From NCBI GenBank assembly GCA_009839685.1, contig VXPC01000014.1, forward strand, positions 6,928 to 70,927: DNA of 64,000 nucleotides. Direction: 5' to 3'. The notes beneath the pieces were generated by a model, which searched no databases, was not told where the DNA came from, and saw only the letters and a list, made by a program, of their open reading frames with translations. The first letter of the stretch is position 1, and each line of letters begins with the position of its first letter. A program made the translations under genes and the position numbers. The stretch comes from Candidatus Saccharimonadota bacterium. Lineage in GTDB: Bacteria > Patescibacteriota > Saccharimonadia > Saccharimonadales > VXPC01. Positions 1 through 8,644 of this stretch are shown piece after piece.

Positions 1-1725
1 TCTGGAAACGGTTTGAGTGGACTCGACTAGGGGGTGGAAACGGTCGTAGAAGTCCTTGAGGTGCTGAACCCAGCCCAGCTCTCCTTGGGCTATCTTGTCG
101 AAATCGGTCTCGATTTTGGACGTGAAACCGTAGTCCATTATTTCGCCGAAGTACTTGGTCAAGAAAGGCGTGACCAGTTCGGCCAGCGACGTCGGCAGGA
201 GCTTATTGGTCGCCCCGCCCCATTTTTCGTCGCTGTCGTAGTCCTCGATTTGTGATTTTTGCAGCACGACGCCCCGGTAGCGCCGGGTCTTGGCCTCCAC
301 GTCGCCCTTGACGACGTAGCCGCGGTCCAGGATGGTGCCGATGGTCGGCGCGTACGTGCTCGGCCGGCCGATGCCCAGCTCTTCCAGCTGCCTGACCAAA
401 CCGGCCTCGTCGTAGCGGGCCGGCGGCGACGAGAATTTCTCAAAAACCCTTGCTTCCAGCAGTTCCAGCTCCTGACCCAGTTGCAGCTCCGGCAGCACGA
501 CATCGCTCGGTGTCTCTTCAGTCGCTTTCAGGAAACCGTCGAACTTGAGAATTTGCCCGCTGATAAGGAAGACCTCGTCGCTGCCACTGACCGCCACGAC
601 CACGTCCGTCTTATCAGTTTCGGCCGGTGCCATCTGGCTGGCCAGGGTTCGGCGCCAGATCAGGTCGTAAAGCTTGCCAGCCTGGGCGTCCAGCTTGGCC
701 GGCCGGCGGGTCTTGAAATCGGTCGGCCTGATAGCTTCATGCGCTTCCTGCGCGCCCTGCCCCTTAGTCTGGTATCTTTTGAGCCGGTGGTATTTGGCGC
801 CGAATTCTTCGCTGACGTAGCGCTTGGCCGACTCCAGAGCCTGGTTACTCAGGTTCAAGCTGTCGGTCCTCATGTAGGTTATAAACCCGGCTTCATACAG
901 CTTCTGGGCGGCGACCATCGTCTGGCGGACGCTGAAACCGAACTTGCGGGCCGCTTCCTGCTGCAAGGTGCTGGTCCTGAACGGCGCGCTCGGGTTTCTC
1001 AGACTCGGCTTGACCTTGATGTCGGCGACGCTGAACTTGGCCAGCCGGCAGGTCTGGAGGAATTGCCGGCCCGCCTTCAGGTCGGCGAACTTGTTTTTCA
1101 GCTCCGCTTTGATTTCCTGATCGTCGATTCGGAAAATGGCTTGGCCGTGGCATTCCGCCGCCGCCTCGAAATCCTTGATCGCCTCTTCCCTCTCGCAGAT
1201 CAAGCGGACGGCAACCGATTGCACCCGGCCGGCGCTCAATCCCTTCTGAACCTTTCTCCACAGGATCGGGCTGAGTTCGAAGCCGACGATGCGGTCTAAA
1301 ACCCTCCTGGCCTGCTGGGCGTTGACCAGGTTCTGGTCGATGAAACGCGGAGACTCAATCGCCGCCTTCAAGGCGTCTTCGGTGATTTCGTGGAAAACGA
1401 TCCGCTTAGTCTCCGCCGGCTTCAAGCCTAGGATATGGCAGAGGTGCCAAGCAATGGCTTCCCCTTCCCTGTCTTCATCTGAAGCCATGATGACCTCGGA
1501 GGCGTCCTTGGCCAGCTTTTTAAGTTCGGCAATCAGTTTCTTCTTGTCGGGGCTAATCTCGTAATGGGGCTGGAAATCGTTCTCGATGTCGATATGCATG
1601 CCGCCTTTGGCCGGCAGGTCGCGGACATGCCCCATGGAGCTGGCGATCTTGTAGCCGTCGCGCAAATACCTGCCAACGGAAGTGACCTTGGTGGGCGACT
1701 CGACGATAACTAACTTATAACTCAT
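1..1725 (-). CDS. topA: DNA topoisomerase I (type IA), 3' end runs off the window
   Basis: Manual translation from ATG at 1725: MSYKLVIVESPTKVTSVGRYL...SSMGHVRDLP (Toprim), then DEDREGEAIAWHL, SAGRVQS and catalytic ITYMRTD. Absent from the ORF track because there is no stop in the window. Confidence 0.97.
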   Translation of the reverse strand, partial: MSYKLVIVESPTKVTSVGRYLRDGYKIASSMGHVRDLPAKGGMHIDIENDFQPHYEISPDKKKLIAELKKLAKDASEVIMASDEDREGEAIAWHLCHILGLKPAETKRIVFHEITEDALKAAIESPRFIDQNLVNAQQARRVLDRIVGFELSPILWRKVQKGLSAGRVQSVAVRLICEREEAIKDFEAAAECHGQAIFRIDDQEIKAELKNKFADLKAGRQFLQTCRLAKFSVADIKVKPSLRNPSAPFRTSTLQQEAARKFGFSVRQTMVAAQKLYEAGFITYMRTDSLNLSNQALESAKRYVSEEFGAKYHRLKRYQTKGQGAQEAHEAIRPTDFKTRRPAKLDAQAGKLYDLIWRRTLASQMAPAETDKTDVVVAVSGSDEVFLISGQILKFDGFLKATEETPSDVVLPELQLGQELELLEARVFEKFSSPPARYDEAGLVRQLEELGIGRPSTYAPTIGTILDRGYVVKGDVEAKTRRYRGVVLQKSQIEDYDSDEKWGGATNKLLPTSLAELVTPFLTKYFGEIMDYGFTSKIETDFDKIAQGELGWVQHLKDFYDRFHPLVESTQTVSR

Positions 1726-1928
1726 GGTTGCTTAATAAAATGGTACCAAATGGCGGCTGAGACGCAGCTTCGGCTCCTTGCGCCGCTTTTGGTATCTTAA
1801 GCCATCGGCGGCCGATTGCCAAAGCGAATCGTCCCTTTTAGCCTTCTCGGGTTTGAAAATACGGCGGTTGGCTCTCATGCAAATATCTGGGCTGCCCCCG
1901 GCACTTGGCAGGTGCCGGGGGCGGAAGG

Positions 1929-2201
1929 TCAGACCGGCGAGTAGCCGCGGATTGCCCGCAGCTGCAGCCAGCGGTTTCTGACAGCCCGGCTGGAGCCCAG
2001 GATTAGCAAGAATCCGAGACCCAGCAGGGCGAGCGACAGGGCGTTGGAAGCGATGCTCGTGTTGCCGGCGAGAGCCCTAAGGCCTATGCCGGTTGAACCG
2101 ATACCGAACAGCGCGGTGCCTGCGTGGAGGTAGATGCCCGCCAGACACGGCAGCTTCTGCCCGGCCGCAGGTCGCCCAGCCTTCCCTTTGTTTACCCTCA
2201 T
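1929..2201 (-). CDS. Small hydrophobic hypothetical protein (90 aa, about 2 TM segments)
   Basis: SD AAGGAG shortly upstream of ATG; two hydrophobic stretches; strong promoter about 160 nt upstream. Confidence 0.55.
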   Translation of the reverse strand: MRVNKGKAGRPAAGQKLPCLAGIYLHAGTALFGIGSTGIGLRALAGNTSIASNALSLALLGLGFLLILGSSRAVRNRWLQLRAIRGYSPV

Positions 2202-2361
2202 GACGGTCTCCTTCGTGGGTTGGGTTCATGGGGATGCGGGCTGTCGTCGCGAGGACCAGCCAGCCTGACTGTGACTTGATCGGCAGCGGCTTGACGCCGC
2301 TCGCCGGAGCAAATCGCCATATTTTCAAAAGTACGGCCGGCATGCATGTGCCGACATCTTT

Positions 2362-2390
2362 ATTATATAATCTAAACTAGATATAGTCAA
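2362..2390 (-). promoter_or_regulatory. Sigma70-type promoter
   Basis: TTGACT-N17-TATAAT on the minus strand. Confidence 0.75.
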
Positions 2391-2438
2391 AATCTAAGGT
2401 GGTGTCATTGACATAAACACAAGGAAGCATAATAAAAG

Positions 2439-2467
2439 TTGACATAAAGTAATGTTTATGATAATAT
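2439..2467 (+). promoter_or_regulatory. Sigma70-type promoter with extended -10, driving the candidate ncRNA
   Basis: TTGACA-N17-TAATAT with TGn before the -10; TTGACATAAA is repeated at 2408 and 2439. Confidence 0.7.
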
Positions 2468-2473
2468 TATCAG

Positions 2474-2831
2474 CATAAATCACCGGACACACAGGCGATT
2501 TAAGCACCTTCCAATCCCCTAAATTTATAAAAATTCATTACTTTGGTTTGAGTCAGAATGATCCCATTCCGGCTCAAACTAACCCTCTTAACTCCTTGCC
2601 CCGCTCGCATTGTTTGGAGTTTAATTATTTAATGGTGGTATAAAAAACCCTTTGGGGGTTGCGGCAATCTTGCCCTGTCCGCGGCCCCAAGGTGGGTTAA
2701 GGGGGTTTTCGATGAATTTTTTGGAGACGGGTGATTGACCACTGAGCGGTGCCCACCCCTTTTCAGTGGTCACTCACTCGTCTTCAGCAGACAACCGGCC
2801 GTTTCTTTTATGAGGCGGCCGGTTTTTTGTT
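2474..2831 (+). ncRNA. Candidate large structured non-coding RNA, family unknown
   Basis: Promoter upstream, terminator at the 3' end, no substantial ORF. Nested helices 2529-2538/2712-2721, 2543-2554/2571-2582 and 2723-2745/2763-2785, with G-U wobbles that work on the + strand. Confidence 0.55.
2793..2831 (+). terminator. Rho-independent terminator, possibly bidirectional with pth
   Basis: AACCGGCCGTTTC-loop-GAGGCGGCCGGTT followed by TTTTGTT. Confidence 0.8.
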
Positions 2832-2834
2832 CAA

Positions 2835-3404
2835 TCAGGCGACCGAACGCCGCCCGTTCGGCAAGTCCCCGCCCGAAGCCTCGCCTATGATGCTGCAGAC
2901 CTCCCTGGTTAAACCGGGCAGCTTGACAGCTTCCTCGGCCGTAAAATCGGCCAAGACGAAATCCGTCAATGCAATCTGTTCCGGCCGTTTGGGGCCGATG
3001 CCGAACCTGATCAGCTTCATTTCCCCTTCTATAAGCCCGGCGATTGATTTCAAGCCGTTATGGCCGAACGTCTGCTGGCCGGCGAGAACCTCGATCGTGC
3101 CGAAAGGCAGCCGGACCTCATCGTAGATTACGTGGATATTTTCAGGTATCAGTTTGTAGAACTGGGCGACTTTGAGGACCGCCTCCCCGCTCAGGTTGAC
3201 GTACGTCTGGGGTTTGAGCATGATCAGCCGGATGCCGCCGATCTCAATCTGGGCGAAATGGCTCTTGAAGTCCCGTTTGTCCTGCCACGGCGTCTCATAC
3301 ATCTCGACCATCCGGTCAAGGCACATAAAACCGGCGTTATGGCGGTTAGAGGCGTACTTCTGCCCCGGGTTGCCTAGGCCGACGAAGAGCTTGGCCACTT
3401 CCAT
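2835..3404 (-). CDS. pth: Peptidyl-tRNA hydrolase
   Basis: LFVGLGNPG..Y..NRHNAGF, KPQTYVNLSG, GHNGLKSI, RFGIG. Start probably 3404 or 3398; ORF extends to 3467. Confidence 0.95.
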   Translation of the reverse strand: MEVAKLFVGLGNPGQKYASNRHNAGFMCLDRMVEMYETPWQDKRDFKSHFAQIEIGGIRLIMLKPQTYVNLSGEAVLKVAQFYKLIPENIHVIYDEVRLPFGTIEVLAGQQTFGHNGLKSIAGLIEGEMKLIRFGIGPKRPEQIALTDFVLADFTAEEAVKLPGLTREVCSIIGEASGGDLPNGRRSVA

Positions 3405-3467
3405 TCCCGATGTGTAGAGGGCGGAGGTGTCCTCGGACAGGACCGGACTTTTTCTGATAATGGCCAT

Positions 3468-4784
3468 TTAGTGCTTTTCCTTGAAAATCAGTGTCAGAGC
3501 CGTACCCTGATAATCGAATTCTTCGCGCAGTTTGCGCTCCAGAAATCTCTTATAGCTCCAGTGAAGATATTTAACCAGACTGCCGAAGAATTGAAAAGTC
3601 GGCGGGTCGCAACTGACCTGGACGGCGTAGTTGAGAGACGGGTGGCGGTTCTTGAGCCCGGCCGGAGGATGCCGGCGAACGGCGTCTTGGAGGCAGCGGT
3701 TGAGCCGCGAGGTCGTTATTTTCTGCTGCCGCCTGTCCCTGATCTGCAACGCCAGTTCCAAGATTTTGGCGACGTTGCGGCCGGTGACCGCGCTGGTGAA
3801 GATCAGGCCGGCCCAGGGGACGAAGTCGAATTCCTGCCTAAGCCGTTTGCTGATCGCCGGCGCCTCGAAGCCGTCTTTGTCCGTCAGCGTGTCCCATTTG
3901 GTGATCACGATAATCAAGCCCTTGCCGGCTTCTTTTACCAGCCCGGCAATTTTTTGTTCGACGGCCGTCGCCAGCTCGTTGACGTCGAGCAATAATAGGC
4001 AGACATCGCTTTCTTCAATGGCCGACAAGGTTCTGAGAACGCTGAACTTCTCCACGCCGCGCTCGATTTTGCCGCTTCTTCTGATACCGGCCGTGTCCAG
4101 CAGTTCGACGGCCTGCTTGTCGAACCTGACCAGTTGGCGGTTGACGTCGCGAGTCGTTCCGGCTCTTTCGGCCACGACGGCCAACTGCTTCTTGATCAGG
4201 CTGTTGAACAGGGCGCTTTTGCCGACGTTGGGCCTGCCCAGGAGGGCTATTTTCAAGACGTCGCCGTCTTGTTTCAATTTTTTGTTCGGCAAACTGGAGG
4301 CCAGATGGCCGATCAATGCGTCCACTCCTTGCCTCGTGGTCGTGCTGGTCAGGAAGATATCCTTGATACCGAGACCCAAGAAGTCGGCCTCGGTTGCTTT
4401 CAGGTTAAGATCGACCTTGTTGGCGATCGCGACGACCGCCTTCTTGCTCCTCATGGCTTTTTTGGCCAGCGAGCGGTCAGTCTGGCTGAGCCGGCCGGCC
4501 GCTTCGACTAACAAACAGATAATGTCGGCTGATTCGACCGCTAAATCTATCTGCTCCTGGATGCTGGCTTCAAAGTCATCTTCCGGATCTTTCATGCCGG
4601 CCGTATCAACCAGCCAGGCCGGCTTGCCGTCCAGATCGACGATGGCGGCAATGGAATCCCGGGTCGTGCCGGCCTCTCTGGCGACGATGTTGCGCCGTTC
4701 GCGCAACAAGACGTTGAAAAGCGAGCTCTTGCCGACGTTGGCTTGGCCGATTAAGGCGATAATCGGGATTTTGGAATTGGCCAC
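3468..4784 (-). CDS. der: Ribosome biogenesis GTPase Der (EngA)
   Basis: Two tandem G domains (GQANVGKSSLFN and GRPNVGKSALFN, GTTRD, DTAG) plus KH-like C-terminus (SYKRFLERKLRE.F). Confidence 0.97.
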   Translation of the reverse strand: MANSKIPIIALIGQANVGKSSLFNVLLRERRNIVAREAGTTRDSIAAIVDLDGKPAWLVDTAGMKDPEDDFEASIQEQIDLAVESADIICLLVEAAGRLSQTDRSLAKKAMRSKKAVVAIANKVDLNLKATEADFLGLGIKDIFLTSTTTRQGVDALIGHLASSLPNKKLKQDGDVLKIALLGRPNVGKSALFNSLIKKQLAVVAERAGTTRDVNRQLVRFDKQAVELLDTAGIRRSGKIERGVEKFSVLRTLSAIEESDVCLLLLDVNELATAVEQKIAGLVKEAGKGLIIVITKWDTLTDKDGFEAPAISKRLRQEFDFVPWAGLIFTSAVTGRNVAKILELALQIRDRRQQKITTSRLNRCLQDAVRRHPPAGLKNRHPSLNYAVQVSCDPPTFQFFGSLVKYLHWSYKRFLERKLREEFDYQGTALTLIFKEKH

Positions 4785-4800
4785 TTCAGGGCTCTCCTTG

Positions 4801-5181
4801 TCAGGCGGCGAAAGCGCTTCTGACCGTTCTTAAGACATCCTTAAGGGTAGCCTGGGATTTGACCAAGTACCTGTCCCGGCCGATACCCAGCTTTTCGGCC
4901 CGGTCCACCATGTCCTTGTCACCGTAAGCCGACATGACGATAAAGGCTACGTCTTGATTCAGTTTGGGGTGGGAGGCGATGGTCTCGATGACATCGAAAC
5001 CGGTCAGTTTCGGCATTTTGATGTCGCAGACTACGACCTGCGGCTTGCAGTCCACGAATTGCTTCAAGGCTTCTTCTCCGTCGCGGGCGCAGACGACGTC
5101 GAAACCGTCCTTTTGCAGACAGACCTGGTAGATATCCAACAGGTCGGGGTTGTCTTCTACGACCATTAGGCGCTTATTCAT
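4801..5181 (-). CDS. Single-domain response regulator (REC)
   Basis: VVEDN, phospho-acceptor in CDIKMPKLTGFDV, YLVKS. Confidence 0.92.
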   Translation of the reverse strand: MNKRLMVVEDNPDLLDIYQVCLQKDGFDVVCARDGEEALKQFVDCKPQVVVCDIKMPKLTGFDVIETIASHPKLNQDVAFIVMSAYGDKDMVDRAEKLGIGRDRYLVKSQATLKDVLRTVRSAFAA

Positions 5182-5242
5182 CGGAATCAGTTTTTATTTT
5201 TAAACTGCACCCCGATTATAGCACAAGGCCTTTGCGGCCCGT

Positions 5243-6385
5243 TCAACCGCCGGACGTTTGGTGGCGCGGCAGGGTGACGTAAAAAATACTGCCGCGGCCA
5301 ACTTCGCTTTCCGCCCAGAGATCCCCGCCGTAGAGTTCGACGATCTTTTTGCAGATGAACAGGCCCAGGCCGGTGCCGGGCTGGCTGTTGTCGACCCGGT
5401 AAAATTTCTGGAAAAGATGCGGCAGATCTTTGGGCGAAACGCCGTAACCGCTATCTTCGATCTTTATCTGCACGAAACCGCCGGCGGGCTTGACGCCGAT
5501 GTCTATCCTGCCGCCGGGGTCGGTGTATTTGATGGCGTTATCCAAAATATTGTTCAACAGTTCTTGGATTCTCTGCGGATCGGCGTCGAGGTGGAATGCC
5601 GTCGGTGCTGCTGCGTCCGGACTTCGCTCGATTGCCAGCTGGAGGCTGATTTCTTTGGTTGCCGCCTGCCGGGAGTTTTCAGCGACTACGTTGTCCAGCA
5701 AATCGTTGAGGACGAAGATTTGCGGATGGTGGCTGAGCCGGCCGTCCTCGCTCTGGCTGGTGGTCAGCAGATTCTTGAACAGTTTGCCCAGATGCATGAC
5801 GTTTTGATGGGCTTTGCGGGCGTGACTCGCCGCCTCTTGGCTTAAACTGTCGTCCGCCATAATCAGGGTCAGGTAGCCTTCAAGGGCGGCCAGGGGCGTG
5901 CGCATTTCGTGGCTGGCCGTGCTGACGAAATCTGTCTTCGCTTCTTCCCGCTCCCTCTCCTCGCTCATGTCGCGCATGACAACGACCGTCGCCGCTACCT
6001 GCCCGCCCGCGTTAATCAACGGCGTGGCGATGAGGTGAAGCGGCAGGCGGCGCTGGCCGGCGGTCAGGACGAAAGCGTCGTCGTCGCGGACTGGCCGCGT
6101 CGTCCTAAAGGCTTGCCTGACAGGGTTGTCGGCGTCCTTGACGGTGATGCCGTGGCGGTCGATGAACCGTAACGCTTCCGTCCAGTCCTTCCCCATCGCC
6201 TGCTCGGCCGTCAGGCCGATAATCCGGGAGGCGCCCGGATTGAAAACCGCCACTTTCTGCTCAGCGTTGATTAAGATAATGCCGTCTTCGATGTTCCGCA
6301 GGATGATATTGGCAATCGGGTCGGTATTCTTAAGGTCGGTCTCAAGAGCCGACAGGTCGGCTGCCCGTTTGCTTTTCCGTAACAT
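5243..6385 (-). CDS. Cytoplasmic PAS-domain sensor histidine kinase
   Basis: PAS N-terminus; H-box ASHEMRTPL; N-box ILDNAIKY; DSGYG; FQKFYRV; GTGLGL. Confidence 0.94.
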   Translation of the reverse strand: MLRKSKRAADLSALETDLKNTDPIANIILRNIEDGIILINAEQKVAVFNPGASRIIGLTAEQAMGKDWTEALRFIDRHGITVKDADNPVRQAFRTTRPVRDDDAFVLTAGQRRLPLHLIATPLINAGGQVAATVVVMRDMSEEREREEAKTDFVSTASHEMRTPLAALEGYLTLIMADDSLSQEAASHARKAHQNVMHLGKLFKNLLTTSQSEDGRLSHHPQIFVLNDLLDNVVAENSRQAATKEISLQLAIERSPDAAAPTAFHLDADPQRIQELLNNILDNAIKYTDPGGRIDIGVKPAGGFVQIKIEDSGYGVSPKDLPHLFQKFYRVDNSQPGTGLGLFICKKIVELYGGDLWAESEVGRGSIFYVTLPRHQTSGG

Positions 6386-6400
6386 AACTCTTTTAAGATT

Positions 6401-7939
6401 TTAGCAGATTGGCGGTCTTAATCTGGCGAGTAGCCGCTTCAAGTGCTGGTAAATCCTGACCATGACCAAGGTGTCGTAGTGGCAGTAGCGCAACAGGTCG
6501 TCGAAAATCTTCTGCCGAACTTCGTCCGCCTCTCCCAAAGCCTGATCCCACATCCGGCTGGCTTGGCTGCCTTCGCTGATGTTGAGGTCGCTGTAACTGA
6601 GCTCGGGAGCTAAGACGGGGGCGACGTTTTTCAGCGAAGTCTTGCCTTTAAAGCCGGGATGGACATAGTGCTGGCCGCTGAAGATTTTCTCCAGATCGAA
6701 AATGCGCCGGTTGAGATCTTCGAAGAAGGTTTTCTCCTCCGGCAGCAATTCGGCTAGGTTGTTCTGGAAACTGACTTCCGCTCCTTGGTGCCAGACGACG
6801 ACCGACCCCCCGGCCGGCATCACGCGCCTCAATTCGTCGACCAGCCGTTTCAGTTCTTCGTCTGAGGCGACCGGCAGCAGGTACTCGTACTTGGCCGGTT
6901 CTTCCTCTTCCCCGTTCTCCAAGACGCAGAGAGAAAACTGAAAGGCTATCTGCTGGAAAGGCCTAGAGTCGGCGAAGAGGGGTATGGGGTAATTAATCGC
7001 CTCGTAATCCAGAAAACTCAACGGCGGTTTCAGGCGGTTGAGCATTGAAGCGATCTCCGGTTTGTCAATAATCGGCCGGCCGGTTCGGTGGACGGCGATC
7101 TGGTTCAGTTGTTTCCGGCTGAGTCCGGTTTCGACACCCACTTCTTCCGTAATCTCCCCTATCTTAAGGATACTACGTTCATAAAGCGTTTTGATTCTTT
7201 GCACGCGGATGCCGTTGAGGTTGTAGACAGAATCATCGTTTGCCAGTTCGGGATGGAATTGCTCGAAACCCGGACAGCGCTTGCCCTTGGCTTTAAGGTG
7301 GCATTCGCAAGGCGGTTCTTCTCCGCCGTAGCATGCCTTGGCCTGCTCAGCCTCCGCTTTAACTGCCGGCAGCAAGGCTTCCACCTCCTGGCCGACATCA
7401 ACTTGTTTAAAAAATTTGTTCGGGTCGACGGTCGCCGTTTTGAGGCGGTACCCTCCGTTCATGTGAATCAAGAAGACTTTGCCGACGCGGTAGCCGGCGT
7501 TTTCAAAGGCCAGTTTCTGAAAGGCGATGTCGTAGAGGTATTTTTCCTTCCGGCTTTCGGCGTCTCTGCTGTCCGGACTCAGGCCGACGTCGTTGGTCAT
7601 CTTAACCTCGTAGATGTGGAGCTCCCGGTCCTTCTTGATGAGGGTTATGTCGGCTTTGGCCAGCAAGCCGTCTCGCGTAAGGGCTGTTGCCTGATACAAG
7701 ACTTTCACTTCTCCGCTGTCAATCAGCTCCTCGGTTCGATCCGCTGCCGCCTGCCTCTCGCCGGAGATCTCCCAGCCTCCCGGGAAGAGCTTCCTGGACA
7801 AGATTTCGACTTCCATGCCTTGCCGGTAAAGCTGCTCCTTGATGTCCTCATTGAACTGCGTGCCCCTGTTCAGCCTGTGCCAGCCGTAGCGAGGACAAAT
7901 GCGGTAGTTTATGTAATTGGTTTTATCTAAAACGAGCAT
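6401..7939 (-). CDS. DUF2779 domain protein (N-terminal PD-(D/E)XK-like part, C-terminal RNase H-like part)
   Basis: AKADI..IYEVK..YDIAFQ, FLDYEAI..PIP, QQIAFQFS, GKTSLKNVAP, LRYCHYDT. Confidence 0.8.
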   Translation of the reverse strand: MLVLDKTNYINYRICPRYGWHRLNRGTQFNEDIKEQLYRQGMEVEILSRKLFPGGWEISGERQAAADRTEELIDSGEVKVLYQATALTRDGLLAKADITLIKKDRELHIYEVKMTNDVGLSPDSRDAESRKEKYLYDIAFQKLAFENAGYRVGKVFLIHMNGGYRLKTATVDPNKFFKQVDVGQEVEALLPAVKAEAEQAKACYGGEEPPCECHLKAKGKRCPGFEQFHPELANDDSVYNLNGIRVQRIKTLYERSILKIGEITEEVGVETGLSRKQLNQIAVHRTGRPIIDKPEIASMLNRLKPPLSFLDYEAINYPIPLFADSRPFQQIAFQFSLCVLENGEEEEPAKYEYLLPVASDEELKRLVDELRRVMPAGGSVVVWHQGAEVSFQNNLAELLPEEKTFFEDLNRRIFDLEKIFSGQHYVHPGFKGKTSLKNVAPVLAPELSYSDLNISEGSQASRMWDQALGEADEVRQKIFDDLLRYCHYDTLVMVRIYQHLKRLLARLRPPIC

Positions 7940-8044
7940 CTGTCTCTCCCATTATGGCAAGATTTGCCGGCAAATCAATCAGGAAACGCTGTAATTGGCG
8001 ATACCGGCCGGCCGGTATCGCCCTTTTGTTATACAATACCGTCA

Positions 8045-8614
8045 ATGGCATTTGAGGATTACAAGAACAAGCCGGCCGTGGTTATCGTTTACGACGGCGA
8101 CGGCAAGGGCAAGACCAGCGCCTGCCTGGGCTTAACGGTCAGAGCCTTGGGATCCGGTTTCAAAGTCGCCTTCGCCCAGTTCATCAAATACTGGACGGTC
8201 GGCGAACACCGCTTCATTGAACGCATCCAGTCGCTTTACGGGCAGGAGTTGGTTTTTCACAGGGGCGGCCGGGGCTTCTTCCAGGCCGGAGAATTGTCTG
8301 CGGCCGGCGTCAGCGACGAGGAGCATCGCCAGGCGGCCGCGGAGACTTACGACTTTGCCCTGCGGGCGGCCGCCTCCGGGGATTACGGCCTGGTTGTCTG
8401 CGACGAAATTAACAACGCCGTCGCCGACGGGTTGCTGACGGAGGAGCAGCTGGAGAACCTGTTCAAACGCCGCCACGGCTCAACCAGTTTGTGTCTGAGC
8501 GGGCGCGATTTTCCCAAGCGCTTGCTCAAGTATGTCGATATCGCGACCGAAATGAAAAAGGTCAAACACCATTTCGACGACCGCTTTCTGGCCAACAAGG
8601 GCATCGATTACTGA
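8045..8614 (+). CDS. cobO: Cob(I)yrinic acid a,c-diamide adenosyltransferase (CobO/BtuR family)
   Basis: VYDGDGKGKTSACLG, QFIK, LVVCDEINNA, LSGR, TEMKKVKH, GIDY. Confidence 0.9.
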   Translation: MAFEDYKNKPAVVIVYDGDGKGKTSACLGLTVRALGSGFKVAFAQFIKYWTVGEHRFIERIQSLYGQELVFHRGGRGFFQAGELSAAGVSDEEHRQAAAETYDFALRAAASGDYGLVVCDEINNAVADGLLTEEQLENLFKRRHGSTSLCLSGRDFPKRLLKYVDIATEMKKVKHHFDDRFLANKGIDY

Positions 8615-8644
8615 TTGCGCGGCCTATCTTTTCGCACCAGCAGC

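Noticed and set aside
259-1299. 346-aa + strand ORF, and similar long antisense ORFs (3631..4833, 21079..22170, 23847..25205, 28114..29373, 47936..49762, 49323..50261)
   Set aside because: Shadow ORFs opposite well-supported genes; expected in GC-rich coding DNA and lacking motifs.
2474-2831. Could be tmRNA, since smpB is in the window and the size fits
   Set aside because: No GGGG 5' acceptor stem, no TTCGA T-loop and no CCA end.
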